From Octopus sinensis (Eukaryota): a stretch of 64,000 nt of DNA. Of this stretch, positions 1-12,860 are shown in pieces. Position numbers and translations under genes: made by a program. Position 1 is the first letter of the stretch. The number at the start of each line of letters is the position of its first letter. The stretch spans positions 90,706,001 through 90,770,000 of the forward strand of contig NC_043002.1 of the NCBI RefSeq assembly GCF_006345805.1. The letters are read 5' to 3'. The notes under the pieces are model-generated. The model was given only the letters and a program-made list of their open reading frames with translations. It was not told where the DNA came from and made no database searches.

Positions 1-762
1 GTCCTTTGACCTGTCCAGCATACAAAGCCCTATCAAGTGCTTGCACTCTGCTGGCATAGATCTCAGGATCATTAAGGTACACAAGTCATCACACATCAAC
101 ATGGGCCTAATTAGCTTGAATAGTTAACTGCATTGTAGCGTTTAGGTTTAAACATTATTGAACACACATACTCAGTGTATGTGCTTCTCTCATTCGATGG
201 TAGGCTGTGTTTTTGCATGGTGGAAATAACTCCATCAAAGCACCGGGCATTAAAACAACTGAAAGTCATAGACAAGTGAGGCAACTCGCTCTAAATCCTA
301 TCCAGTATTTCGGGTGATTTGGGGTGAGTTGTCTCACCTGTTAATGACTATGACTTTCAGGTGTTTTAACACCCGGCACTTTGAAAGAGTCATCTCCAAC
401 CGGGTAAATTGCAGACTACTGGCAAACAAGTTAAGAACATGTGTATTCAATGTTTACAACACTCATGCTACTTATAATTCATATGTTCTTTTAGATTCCA
501 ATTTTGTTAAGAAAATTTTAGATCTTCACAGACTGACATAAATGTCTAGCCACCTTTTGAAATATTTTGGAAAATGACCAATTCCATGTCAATAGACATG
601 GTAAAAGATGTATATTCGTTTCAGATTGTCACAATTAAAACATGAAATTGTTTATTACAAGATTTACAGCAAATAAGTTTTGTCCTGTTACATTAAGCCA
701 TTACTTTCTCTGCTTTCTTTCTTTATAGAATTCTTCATTCGTTTTTTTCTCTTTATTTACAG

Positions 763-900
763 TTAAATCTAATGGAACAACGTTTGGCAGCCATCAATTG
801 GCAGCCACAGGATTTAAATAACAGAGTTCTAGAACTGGAAAATGTTTTGGAGAGAAAAGAGAAACATATTGATAGTCTGGAGAAGCAATTATCAGAACAG
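763..900 (+). CDS. PLEKHH1/2: PLEKHH1/2 (max-1)-like gene, internal coding exon A (coiled coil)
   Basis: Polypyrimidine tract plus ttacAG acceptor at 761-762 and CAG|GTAAGA donor at 901. 138 nt, phase 0/0, LNLMEQRLAAINWQPQDLNNRVLELENVLERKEKHIDSLEKQLSEQ, heptad-like. Joins exon B in frame. Confidence 0.85.
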
Positions 901-934
901 GTAAGAGTTGATTACTTGAAGAATGGCATTTCTA

Positions 935-1232
935 GAGCGTAAGGTAGTGAGTTCAATTCCTGGACCAGGCTGTATGTTGTGTTCTTGAGCAAGACACTTT
1001 ACTTTACATTGTTCCAGTTCACTCAGCTGTAGAAATGAATTGTGACATCACTGGTGCCAAGCTGTATTGTCCTTTGTCTTTCCCTTGGATAACATTGGTG
1101 GTATAGAAAGGGGAGGGTGGTGTGCTTGGGCAACTGCTGATCTTCCATAAACAATCTTGCCCAGACTTGTACCTTGGAGGGGAACTTTTTAGATGCAATC
1201 CCATGGTCATTCTTGACCGAAGGGGGTCCTTT
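935..1232 (+). mobile_element. tRNA-derived SINE with CORE/Meta-like domain
   Basis: B-box gagttcaattcc followed by gttcttgagcaagacacttt. A related minus-strand partial copy lies at about 12280-12420. Confidence 0.65.
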
Positions 1233-1443
1233 AAGATATGTGTAGGTACATGTAAATATATTCTTTTCTACTCCCGACACAAGGCCCAAAATCTTTGGGG
1301 AGTGGGCCAGTCGATTAGATCGACCCCAGTATGCAACTGTTACTTAATTTTTTGACCCTGAAAGGATGAAAGGCAAAGTCAACCTTGGCAGAATTTGAAC
1401 TCAGAATGTAAAGACAGATGAAATACCGCTAGTTTTTTTGTCT

Positions 1444-1857
1444 CTCTCTTTTACTCTTTTACTTGTTTCAGTCATTTGACTGCGGCCATGCTGGAGCACT
1501 GCTTTTAGTCGAGCAAATCGACCCCGGGACTTATTCTTTATAAGCCCAGTACTTATTCTATCAGTCTCTTTTGCCGAACCGCTAAGTGATGGGGATGTAA
1601 ACACACCAGCATCAGTTGTTTGCAATGCTAGGGGGACAAACACAGACACACAAACATATACACACACACACTTATATATATATATACATATATACGACAG
1701 GCTTCTTTCAGTTTCCATCTACCAAATCCACTCACAAGGCATTGGTTGGCCCGGGGCTATAGCAGAAGACACTTGCCCAAGATGCCACGCAGTGGGACTG
1801 AACCCGGAACCATGTGGTTGGTTAGCAAGCTACTTACCACACAGCCACTCCTGCACC
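1444..1857 (-). mobile_element. SINE family A nested inside a family B SINE (about 1265-1895)
   Basis: Reverse complement of the family seen at 23139 and 28588. The flanks on both sides continue the family B consensus. Confidence 0.8.
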
Positions 1858-2324
1858 TGTCTGGTGCACTAACGTTTCTGCCATCTCGCCGCCTTACATG
1901 TAAATGTATTCTGGCTGAGAAGCGTGATGCATATGTGTAGATATGTGTGTTATCATCATCATCTTTATTTTCATGCCCATATTTTTGAAGCTGGCATGGG
2001 TTGGACATGATTTATTGAGGTAGTATTCTATGACTTTCGGTCACCGACCCTTACCTATTTTTACCAATTGTCAAAACCAACAAAAACATTAAGTTAAACG
2101 TATTTTTATGAGAGACACAAATTTAACATCTCTGTTACCAAGGCAGTATTAGTGGAAAGTCAAGCAGAAATAAACACTGATGCATGCACATGCATACACA
2201 CACACACACACATGCACATGTGTGTGTGTATGTGTGCATGTGTGTATCTATCTATCTATCTGTCTGTCTGTCTATATAAATATGTGTGTATGTGTGTGTG
2301 TATGTATATGTGTGTGTGTTTGTA

Positions 2325-2355
<31 letters not shown>

Positions 2356-2368
2356 ATAAATATATGTG

Positions 2369-2742
2369 GTACCAGTGCCGGTGGCACGTGGCACATAAGA
2401 AAACCATCCGAACGTGGCCGTAGCCAGTACCGCATCGACTGGCCTCCGTGCTGTGGGCACGTAACAAGCACCATCCGATCGTGGCCGTTTGCCAGCCTCA
2501 TCTGGCACCTGTGTCGGTGGCACATAAAAAACACCATCCGAGCGTGGCCGTCTGCCAGCCTCGTCTGGCACCTGTGTCGGTGGCACATAAAATCACCCAC
2601 TACACTCTCGGAGTGGTTGGCGTTAGGAAGGGCATCCAGCTGTAGAAACACTGCCAGATCTGACTGGACTGGTGCAGCTTTCGGGCTCCCCAGACCCCAG
2701 TTGAACCGTCCAACCCATGCTAGCATGGAAAGCGGACGTTAA

Positions 2743-2773
<31 letters not shown>
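2369..2773 (+). mobile_element. SINE-like family C with internal ~60 bp tandem units and (GAT)n tail
   Basis: Repeated ggcacRtaaaaa-caccatccga-cgtggccg units, then gttggcgttaggaagggcatccagctgtagaaa and a (gat)n tail. Other copies at about 11318-11930(-), 14960-15215(-), 16540-16790(-), 23760-24400(-), 38515-38872(+), 49066-49245(+), 60153-60530(-), 61470-61785(+). Confidence 0.8.
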
Positions 2774-2774
<1 letters not shown>

Positions 2775-2775
2775 A

Positions 2776-4294
2776 CACTGTGAACCGAGATAATAGTCCA
2801 TGATGATTTTAAAGATTTTTAACAAAAATTTACTTGATAGAACAGTACACTATTTTTGGTTTGTATACAAAATTTATCGTATGTAGCTTCTCTTAGTTGT
2901 TATATTATTTAGCATACTTGTTTATCAGGTGTACCATGATAATAGTCCTGGTATAAGAATGTACAGTTTTGATCACTAAAAGGATAGAAATACTAACTAT
3001 TTCAAGAACAATTATTTTGAATATCTCATATGACACAAATGTACCATTGAACAACAAAATACATAAATAACATATTCACAGAAGCTTTGGCTCTATGATT
3101 TGGTGTATGAAGCAGTTTGTTTGATGACTGCAAAAATGTGGTTGTTAGTGGATTCAGTCAGTGTTTGATAGTAGAGGGTAGGACTGCTTTAACAGAGTTT
3201 TGTATTGCCTTCCAAAGTGTTTCCTTAGATGTGTTCTGCTTGCCATTCTGGTAGATCCCACGTTTGACAATGCTCCCGAGGTTCTCAATGGGATTCACAT
3301 CTGAAGAACAGGCTGGCCACTTCATTAAAGTTTCTTCTTTGAATCCCAATGAGAAGAGGACCTCTTCGGTTCTCTTAGCAGCATGTGGTGGGGCCTTATC
3401 ATGCATAAAAATAACCTTGCTAAGCTCAGATGATGGGTGCTCATCAGTTAGGACATCCCTAATAAAGTTATAGTATGTGATAGCATTAATCTTCACACCT
3501 GATACTTTAAATGGACCAATCATCCTGCCTCCCATGATTCCAGCCCAAAACATGACTCTTCCTCCCCCTTGTTGATGGTGCAAACGCATGTGAGTGGGGT
3601 TGTCATAAAACATCCATCCCTTAGCCCAACCATCAGGCCCATCTAGTGTGGCTCAGCACCCGTCAGTGAATAAAATATGCTTGACATCAGCCTTCATATA
3701 CATTCCACCCCATTCTAACTGAGCTTTTTTGTGTTTGGGAGTCAACAGAGGCTTGCATGTAGGTTTCTTCTCTTTCACAAAGCTACCATTTACTTTATTT
3801 CTGGTTGTTTTGGAGACATTTTCAATGCCAGTGTCTGCAAATAAAGCTTTACTAGAACATCTGGGATTTTTAGGCAAGTATTGTTTGAGATGGGAAATGT
3901 CTCATGCTGTGACTGTTCAAGACTTGCCTTTATCACTGTGCTCATTCCAACACTTGGGATTTTGCAAATATTCATGAATTATTTTAACATGATGACCTAG
4001 TTTCTTGGCCATTTCATCTGTAAACTTGCCTTTACCTATTTCTTTTATAATCTGGTTCCTCTCATACACTGTAAGATCTTTTCTATGCCCCATCTTTTGA
4101 AATCAGTATTAGGACTATTAATCCTGTTCACCTGAAAAAGAAAATTGCTGAATAATACAAAAACTAAAAAAATTTGTGTACAAACCAAAAATAGTGTACT
4201 GTATGTACTATCATGTAAATTTTCTTCAAATCCCTTGGATAGTTATTCAGAAAATCTAAAAAATCATCATAGGCTATTATCTTGGATCACAGTG
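2776..4294 (-). mobile_element. Tc1-like DNA transposon, near full length, decayed
   Basis: TA target duplication at 2774-2775 and 4295-4296. Inverted ends CACTGTGAaCCgAGATAATAG / CTATTATCTtGGaTCACAGTG plus subterminal inverted blocks (cagtacactatttttggtttgt / acaaaccaaaaatagtgtactg). Confidence 0.9.
3158..4093 (-). pseudogene. Tc1 transposase pseudogene
   Basis: Starts MGHRKDLTVYERNQII (ATG 4093-4091). Motifs ILFTDG, VMFWAGI, FMHDKAPPH, KWPACSSDVNPIENL. Contains stops and frameshifts. Confidence 0.88.
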
Positions 4295-6597
4295 TATATG
4301 CATAAAGCACATAATTGTCACAAATGAGCATCATCATCATCATACAGGTGGGATTACCTGTTTCCAATCTTCTGAGAGGAGTGTACCTGGCCATATGGAT
4401 ATATTGCCTTGTTTAGGAACAGGTCAGAATCAGCAATTGGAAGAGCATCCAGATGTACCAAATTTATCTCAGCGAATTTTGTGTGATCCTTTGAAGCATG
4501 GAAAAGCAAGTGTAAAATGATGATGATGATGAGGATGATATACACACACACACTTGAAGGACTTGTGGCCAGTTTCCAGCTGCAAATTTCACTCACAAAG
4601 CATTGGTCAACTTGAGGCACTTGCCTCGAATCTCACACAATGGAACTGAACTTGAAACCATATGATAGCAAAGCAAATTTTGTTACCACACAGCTGTTTT
4701 TGTGCCTTACAGCAAATATAATCTGAGTGACAAGTGTGATTATATGGTGAGTTTCTATCATAAATAACACCAGAAATAATTCCTATAGAGATATACTTGA
4801 ATAGTTGTAAAGTGTGATATGGCAATAAACATACAACCTATTCCCATAAACAAGGAATTTATTCCAGAAATTACCTCTATTAATAATAATGATATATTAA
4901 TAACGAGATCACTACTGTTAGTGCTCAGTTTATTTTGATTACTTCCTTGTGCTTCGGAATAAAACACTACATTCTGCAAGTTACTGCTAGTTATTGCAGC
5001 CAAATCAAACTACATCCCAACTATCTTTAAAGGAGATGGACACATCTGACAACATTCTTTGATATATGATGCCTGAGAGAAGGATGGAATTGTCATGGAT
5101 GGAATATCTTTGAACATAGTCTACTTTGTCAGAGCTTCTTTGGGACTAAACAACAAAATATTTTAAATTATTCTATTCTCTTATCATGAATAAGTATCAG
5201 ATTTTCTGAGAATGAGTCTGGCGAGTCTGGCATTCTATCCAAGTGAAGAATGACTATAACATAGTTTGGCATTAAGCATCAACTTTATATATTCTTGGAA
5301 AGTGGTGTGCATTCTTTTAAACTGATTAGTAAAGTGTGTAACACAAAACTTCAGTTATTGTATATTTAATAACCCAAAAATTTACATGTCAATATCAATA
5401 TTAATTGTAAGACAGCATGCTTTTGGCATTTAGTCTGTCATTATGTTCTGTGTTCAAATTCTACTGAGGCTGACTTCACCTTTCATCATTTTGAGGTCAA
5501 TAGAATAAGTAACAGTTGAGCTCTGGAGATCAATGTAATTGCTTTCCCCTCCCCACTGAAACTTCTGGCCTTGTGCCAAAATTTGATATCAATATTAATA
5601 TTAATGTTAAGGCGGCGAGCTGGCAGAATCATTAGCACACCAGTTAAAATGTTTAGCAGCCTTTTGTCTGTCCTTACATTCTGAGTTCAAATTCCACCAA
5701 GGTTGACTGTGCCTTTCATCTTTTCTGGGCCAATAAAGAAGTACCAGTTGCACACTGGGGTTGATGTAATTGACTGAACTTGCTGGTCTTGTGCTAAAAT
5801 TTATAATCAATATTAATACTGAATTTATGAAACTGAATATTTGTGACAAGGAACTGAGAAAATGAAGATACTGAACATTCCCTTCATCAGCTGTTGACTG
5901 AAAAATCACTGCAGTTTTGGCACTTTCCAACAGTATCACTTATGCCAGTGGTGCTGAATAGTACTAATGTTTCCAGAAAATGTCTTGGTTCTTTTGACTC
6001 ACACTGTATCACACATTCCAATCATGTGTTTCCAGCTAACAATTACAGTTAGATCATTCATTCTACATAATGTTTGGTGGGATTTGAAATTAAGGAATTG
6101 TAAGAAAAAAGATAAAGAATTCACTTATTTTTGTATGTGTGTGTTTACTTATTGCAAAGTTCTTAAAATTTCTATTTGGTAGTAATCATATTCAGTACTA
6201 TTTCATTCTTTTTAGAAATGTTCAGTGTCATAGACCCTATGACTTATTAATTAAACATTTTTTGAACTAAAACATTTTATTACTGATAGAAATAAATTCT
6301 GTCAGGAAGAAAAATATAAAATGATTTTTTTTTACCCCAGGGAGTGTTAGTAGTTTAATAATCAATAGAAAAAGTGAAACTTATTAGTATTTACATACAG
6401 GAAAATAACTGTTTCTAGAGAATTCCATCTTGTGAAGGTGTCTTAAAGAAGGCAATAATTCCAGTTTTATCTGCAAACAAATTTATAAACCATTTTCATA
6501 TATAATCTCCGAGGAATAGTTATTGGTTTCAAGTTGCTATTTCATATCACACTTTTTCCCCATTCAATTATCCATACAACCTCTACACGAAACTGAA

Positions 6598-7008
6598 TGC
6601 GAGCTGGCAGAATCGTTAGCATGCTGAGTGAAATGCTTAGCGGTATTTTGTCTGCCACTATGTTCTGAGTTCAAATTCCGCTGAGGTCGACTTTGCCTTT
6701 CATCCTTTCGGGGTCGATAAATAAAGTACCAGTTACACACTGGGGTCAATATAATCGACTTAATCTGTTTGTCTGTCCTTGTTTGTCCCTTCTGTGTTTA
6801 TCCCCTTGTGGGTAGTAAAGAAATAGGTATTTCGTCTGCCGTTACATTCTAAGTTCAAATTCCGCCGAGGTCGACTTTGCTTTTCATCTTTTCGAGGTTA
6901 TTAAATAAAGTACCAGTTACGCACTGGGGTCGAGGTAATCGACTTAATTCCTTTGTCTGTCCTTGTTTGTCCCCTCTATGTTTAGCCCCTTGTGGGCAAT
7001 AAAGAAAT
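6598..7008 (+). mobile_element. SINE family B (tRNA head, Nin/Deu-like domain), 3' part tandemly duplicated
   Basis: gagctggcagaatcgttagc head, gagttcaaattcc B-box, and gcctttcatcctttcggggtcgataaa-taagtaccagt domain present twice. Other copies at about 5610-5810, 8736-8950, 10925-11135, 12900-13130(-), 15240-15445(-), 27105-27315, 50135-50342, 56100-56300(-), 56360-56545(-). Confidence 0.8.
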
Positions 7009-8047
7009 AACAAACTGGATGCCTTAGAACCACTCCAGCTATGCAGCATATATTTTGATAAGGAGTTGCTCTTTGCACTCAGATTTGGTCTTTCCCTCAA
7101 ATAACCCAATTTCTTGCAGGTTCTGTTTGTCCCCAAAGGCCAGTCAGTGATATTAAACCACAGGTGGCTGATTACGTCTACCACTTTACAGAATTCTACT
7201 CAAGCTACACAAAGACCAGATGGTGATGCTGAACCAGGGGACTGATTCTCCCCCCCCCCCCCACCGTACTTCTTGTCCACTTACATCACATACTCATATA
7301 CCAGCCAATGTATATACCTTACCCATATCAGCTACTGCTTCTGGAACCCAAACATTCTCTCACTTTTGGTATGACTGGAATATATTTAGTGATAGACTTT
7401 TAGGAAATCTAGGCCATAACAGTTAAGAATTCTATCAAAGATAGCTGGTTTGAGGTGGTGCTGGTAGTAAGTAGTAGCATGTTTATCAACTTGCTTAATA
7501 CTACAAGCAATTTGAAGATAAGTATTTTCCATTAGACTCATTTATGCTCATAAAAATATAATCTTTTATAAAGAGATCTACTGGAATATCTCACTAAAGC
7601 TAGATAAAGGAAGCAACAAATAAAATGTCTCTCACAAAACCCGCACACTTATGCTTAAAGAATAATGCCTAAACATCACGATGACTTTGGAGCAAAGTGT
7701 TTTTACTTTTAATTCTTATCTGTATTAACTCAGCTTTTATTCCTTCTGAAGGTGTATTTAAAAAGATGTGTGTGTGTGTGTATGCATATGTGTGTATGTA
7801 TGTATGTATGTATGTATTTATGTATGTATGTATGTATGTATGTATGCATGCATGCATGCATGTATGTATGTATGTATGTATGTATGTATGTATGTATGGT
7901 ATATATAAAATGTACTAATATAGCCAATAGTTGCTGGCATAGTGTGTAGTTAAGAAGTTTGTCTCACAGTCACACAGTGCTAGGTTTAACTGAAGCAGCA
8001 GCTTTGGAAATATTCCGTAAGTGCAATTTGATTTACAGAAACCCTTC

Positions 8048-8095
<48 letters not shown>

Positions 8096-8269
8096 TTGTA
8101 GGGTGAATCAGTAACAAAAGGCAAAACAGATAGAAAATCATATTCTCAGAAAACTGACACACACATGCAACTAAATTTATCAATTACTACATACCAAGTT
8201 TATATAGCTCCTACCCATGCTAGCAACTCTAACTACAATGGCAGTCCCCACACTCCCAATGAAGCCTTG

Positions 8270-8660
8270 GTGCTATAGGTTTGCCAGTCTGTCTCCCTCC
8301 TCACTCACAAAGCCTCAGACACAGTGGTCCAGAGGTTCGAATTAAGAGAGTAAGGAGATCATATGATGTTGGGTGTCTCATGATCGCAAGTTTCTCCTGG
8401 TTCTTACTACTTTCTCCTCTTTGTGAAAGACTTATATCTGATGTCTCTGTGTTCTACCTTAATCTGCTCTGGGATAGCTATTACTGAGGATGTCTTGGAC
8501 TTCCTGGAAGAACTCTGCTATCTTGGTAACATCTGACCATTAAGAATGTTTATTTCTCTTGGTCACTGATACAACATCATCACCAGAAACTTCTATCTCT
8601 TTTACAACCCTGAAGATGAACGATCTAGACATGTTCAAGACATTGCTAGAGCCAAAAGCA
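8270..8660 (-). pseudogene. maT/DD37D-like transposase remnant, internally deleted
   Basis: Minus-strand translation LNMSRSFIFRVVKEIEVSGDDVVSVTKRNKHS*WSDVTKIAEFFQEVQDIL...HRDIRYKSF, followed by a decayed TPNI-WPP-SPDLNPLD-like segment. Confidence 0.6.
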
Positions 8661-9105
8661 TGGCTTTTCTTTGCATTTCCTATGTCAGGATGGAACTTGC
8701 CAAGTTAATGATGTCAATATATCTAAAAGAAAAAAGGCAGCAAGCTGGTAGAATTAATATTGCATTGGACAAAATGCTTAGCAGCATTTCTTCTGACTTT
8801 ACATTCTGAGTTCAAACTCTGCTAAAGGTCTACTTTGCTTTTCCTCCTTTCGAGCTCAATAAAATAAGTACCAATTGAACAATGGGATTCAATGCAATTG
8901 ACTTACCAGCTTCTCTAAAATTGCTGGTTTTGTACCAAAATTTGAAGCCAATGTATCTGAAAGGTAAAGAAGCAAATTAGAACTCAGAACTTAGAAGGAA
9001 ACGGGGGGGGGGGCAAAGGAAGAGGTGGAGGATGTTGCATATAATTATGTTAGGTTATCTTCTATTTATGGCCTGCTAAAGGTTGTACACAAATACCTGG
9101 TGTGC

Positions 9106-9150
<45 letters not shown>

Positions 9151-9270
9151 ATCCCTGTCACCATTTATTTTTACCTGTGTTAGACTGGTGTCGTGTCAAA
9201 GAGTGAAAACTTAGCAATTCAAAACAAATGTTAAATCAAATGAAATAATACTAGATTGAGCTTTGTTCTT

Positions 9271-9610
9271 GATGGAATAACCCTCTTCACGTTCGAGTGA
9301 GACAGATCTCTAGTGAGGGATGTGATGTACAGTGACACATTCTCCGGCTCCATCCTTGCGGCACTGGCTGCAAACCCAGCTATTGCTGCCCATAATGCAG
9401 AGTAGAGAAAAATCAATAAATACAGGAGCTTGGCCAATTTGTGTCGATTGCCTTTAAGATGTCAGGTGTACTAGGACCCCATGCTACCAATTTCCTCCAC
9501 AAAATAGGGTAATGTTGGCCCATTGAGAAATGAACCTCGCAAAGTGGAGTGGTCACTTTAGCAAATGTTGCTGACCATTCTCTGTGGCAATGTCATCATG
9601 GTCATTACCA
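9271..9610 (+). pseudogene. CRE-clade non-LTR retrotransposon, restriction-like endonuclease C-terminus, decayed
   Basis: DGITLFTFE*DRSLVRDVMYSDTFSGS...AAHNAE*RKINKYRSLA, then after a frameshift FVSIAFKMSGVLGPHATNFLHKIG. This matches the PDG.TL.PW..G..LVWD.T..DT...K..KY..L...F.PIA.ET.G..GP pattern. Confidence 0.65.
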
Positions 9611-10824
9611 CAAGGCATAGCTGAGCACCCCACTTGTTCTGAGATGTGTGGCCCATTGCCACTTCCCCTCCATCTTCCACTGCTTTTACCCTAAGCCCTC
9701 GCCTTTTTTCTTTTGATTTTGTTTTTTCATTTTCTTTCTTTTCCATTCTCATCTCTCTTCTTTACTGTTTCTTAGTATTTAAATGTTCTACTATGTTCTT
9801 GTGATTGATGTAACTGTTTAAAAAACCCTTGAAAAGATGGTGCCCCAGCAGAGCCACAATCCAAAGACTGAAACGCGTAAATGAATAGAAATTTATTCTC
9901 AGTTTGAGAATCAATATAACTCTTAACCTTACTTTCAATGATTGAATTCAGAATTTGCAGACAATGTCAACATAATGGAATAGAAATAATGGCAAAACTA
10001 GTTATAGATGCCATGTATGATTAATGGAAGAACTGTGCAAAGAAATCAGTAATTAGGATAACTGTAACTTGGCTAAATATTAAGCAAGTGTGGAAAACTA
10101 TTTGACAATCATCTAGTTACCCATATTAATGGAATTACCAAAATGGTATGTAGAATCTAAAAGAATTTCTAATTGGGAACCTTTTGGTCTTAAGTACAGT
10201 TCCTTTCCTTTTTATTCTTTTCTTGAATTTGACAGGTGAGAAAGAGACAAGAAACATATATTCTTTACAAGAATATTTTCCATATTCACCTTTATTAGAT
10301 TAAGAACCTATTAGTCGTTTACTATTTGGTTCACACTACATTATGTTTCCCTTCCATTGATCTAGCACTTTAATGAAATGAAACATAGGCAGCAAATAAA
10401 GACTGAAAATGCTATGTATTTTATTTTAGTCATTATTATTATTATTTTAGTTGTTTATATCATTATTATTGTTATTCTTTTACATATGTGTATTTTTATA
10501 TTTTACTACTCAAAGCTATAAAGAAAATGATTGTGTTGACTTATTTCTTTACTGATTCTAACTCACTTCCACTCTATTCCAAAAGCATTTCCAATAATAT
10601 ATATATAAGTGTGAACAAGAGAGACAGGGCAAGGCAGAAACAAGGAAAATGCCACTTATATTTGAACACTATACAAATATCCCTTTAAAAAAACATTTCT
10701 TTTAATTTTTCTAAATTTAATTATTTAATTGTTACAGTTGAAAAGGTCTCAAAATGACTGAAACCGGTACTGAAATGTTCTTTATAAAATTATTTTAGCA
10801 TTTTCTATTTTGACTTGTTTTTTC

Positions 10825-10924
<100 letters not shown>

Positions 10925-11948
10925 GGAAGCAAGCTGGCAGAATCATTATCATGCCAGGCAAGATGCTTAGTGACATTTTGTCCATCTCTATGATCTAACT
11001 CCAAATACTGTTGAGGCTGACTGCTTCTCATCCTTTCGGGGTCAATAAAATATGTACCAGTTGAGCACTGAGTTCAATGTAATCAACTTACTTCCTCCTC
11101 CAAAATTGCTGGCCTTGTGTCAAAATTTGAAATCAATAATATATGTGTATATGTGTATATAATTTTTTTTTTGGAACATTGGATATTGAAGCAGATAAGC
11201 TATAAATAATAGACAATCTTTTAAAAAAGATGTGTACCATGTTATCTTGAAACTTATAGATTATGTTGCATTCACAATCATATATATATGTATATATATA
11301 CACATATTCATACATACATCATCATCATCATCATTTAACGTCTACTTTCCATGCTAGCATGGGTTGGACAATTTGACTGTAGACTGGTGAACCAGATGGC
11401 TGCATCAGGCTCCAGTCTGATCTGGCTGAGTTTCTACAGCTGGATGCCCTTCCTAACACCAACCACTCCGAGAGTGTAGTGGGTGCTTTAACGTGCCACC
11501 GGCATGAGAGCCAGTAAGGCGCTACTGGCAGTGGCCACACTGAAGTGATGTTTTTTACATGCCACCTACACAGGAGCCAGTCCAGCAGCACTGGCAACAA
11601 CCTCACTCGAATGTTTTTGATGTGCCAGTAAGGCGACGCTGGTAACGATCACGTTTGAATGGTGCTTTTTACGTGCCACCAGCACGGAAGCCAGTTAGCT
11701 GCTCTGGCAGCGATCACGCTTGGATGGTGCTCTTAGTGCTCCACTGGCATGGGTGGCATAAGTGGGCTGGTTACACTCCTGGCATAGGCCACAGGTTATG
11801 GTCTTACTTGGCTTGCCGGGTCTTCTCATGCACTGCATATTTCCAAAGGTTTCGGTCACTAGTCATTGCCTCAGTGAGGCCTAATGTTTGAAGGTCATGC
11901 TTCACTACCTCATCTCAGGTTTTCCTGGGTCTATATACATACATACAT

Positions 11949-11996
<48 letters not shown>

Positions 11997-12017
11997 TATA
12001 TATATGTATGTATATCA

Positions 12018-12282
12018 AACAGAGTTATTAGCGAGGGATTATCAATCTGGGAAAAATACTTTATAGGCTCTCTGTTAGTACACCAGGCTAACAATATTGC
12101 TTAAATTTGTAAAGAATTCTGCATGTTCTTGTGGCAGGGTCCAAGGTTATAGTTCATCACCATTCTACAGTGTAAGTCCCTGGTGGTGTTCCAGTTATAT
12201 TGGTTTTTACACAGAGTAATATACAACACAAAGCATAAATAACAGTCATTAAAAAAATATGTAATGACCATTATTTATGCCT
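12018..12282. repeat. Unclassified dispersed repeat, second copy at about 61120-61376
   Basis: Both copies start aacagagttattag-gagggattatcaatc and end atatgtaatgac-att-atttatgcc, are collinear and diverged, and follow TA-rich microsatellite. Confidence 0.75.
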
Positions 12283-12569
12283 GGGAGGCTGGTATGCATG
12301 GGCAACTGCTGGTCTTCTATAAGCAAACTTACCCAGACTTGTGTCTTGGAGGGTAACTTTCTAGGTGCAATCCCATGGTCATTCATGATAAAGGGCCAGG
12401 AGTGGGGGCAGTCTTTACCTTTTTTATCCTTACTCTTGCAGAGAAAGATTCTGCATTTTCTACCTACTTTACAGTCAATTTTACAGTATGTAAATCTCCT
12501 CCCAAAACTATTCCTCTCCGATGCATTATCCGCCATGTAAGCATGCATACTAAACTAGAAAACTTTTGC

Positions 12570-12860
12570 TTACTTCAAACCAATAAGGCTACCAGCCTTG
12601 ATAATGGCCCTTCCATTACAATCAAACTATGTACCTTAGTACCAGTCTTTATACTTGTAAAGATCTTCATTTCTCTCTGTCTGTCTCTCTGTCTCTGTCT
12701 CTGTCTATCTCTCTCTCCATCCCTTCTGTCTGTCTGCCCTGATCCTTTGAAACATTCCAGAGTGTGTCTCATTCCAAGAAAAATAATTCCATCCTCTGAG
12801 CCCATCAACCATCATCCTAGAACATTCTGTTCCAACTGTACAGAAGCAATGGAGTCTGAT
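12570..12860 (+). pseudogene. LINE (CR1/L2/Jockey-like) reverse-transcriptase fragment
   Basis: KATSLDNGPSITIKLC...PDPLKHSRVCLIPRK...EPINHHP...CTEAMES resembles KA.GPDGIP..LK.C...P..WK.A.V.PIPKK...P.NYRPI...K.MES. Interrupted by a (CT)n tract. Confidence 0.55.

Noticed and set aside
2380-2600. Regularly spaced ~60 bp repeats resembling a CRISPR array (also 38515-38710)
   Set aside because: The units are whole tandem duplicates without unique spacers, inside a eukaryotic SINE, with no cas genes.
2152-2742. 196 aa ORF and overlapping antisense ORFs
   Set aside because: Made of (TG)n/(CA)n microsatellite plus a family C SINE. The same peptides recur at other SINE copies.
4712-4746. Possible small + strand exon (ttacAG ... 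ATG|GTGAGT)
   Set aside because: 35 nt with a TAA stop in the phase-0 frame required between exons A and B.
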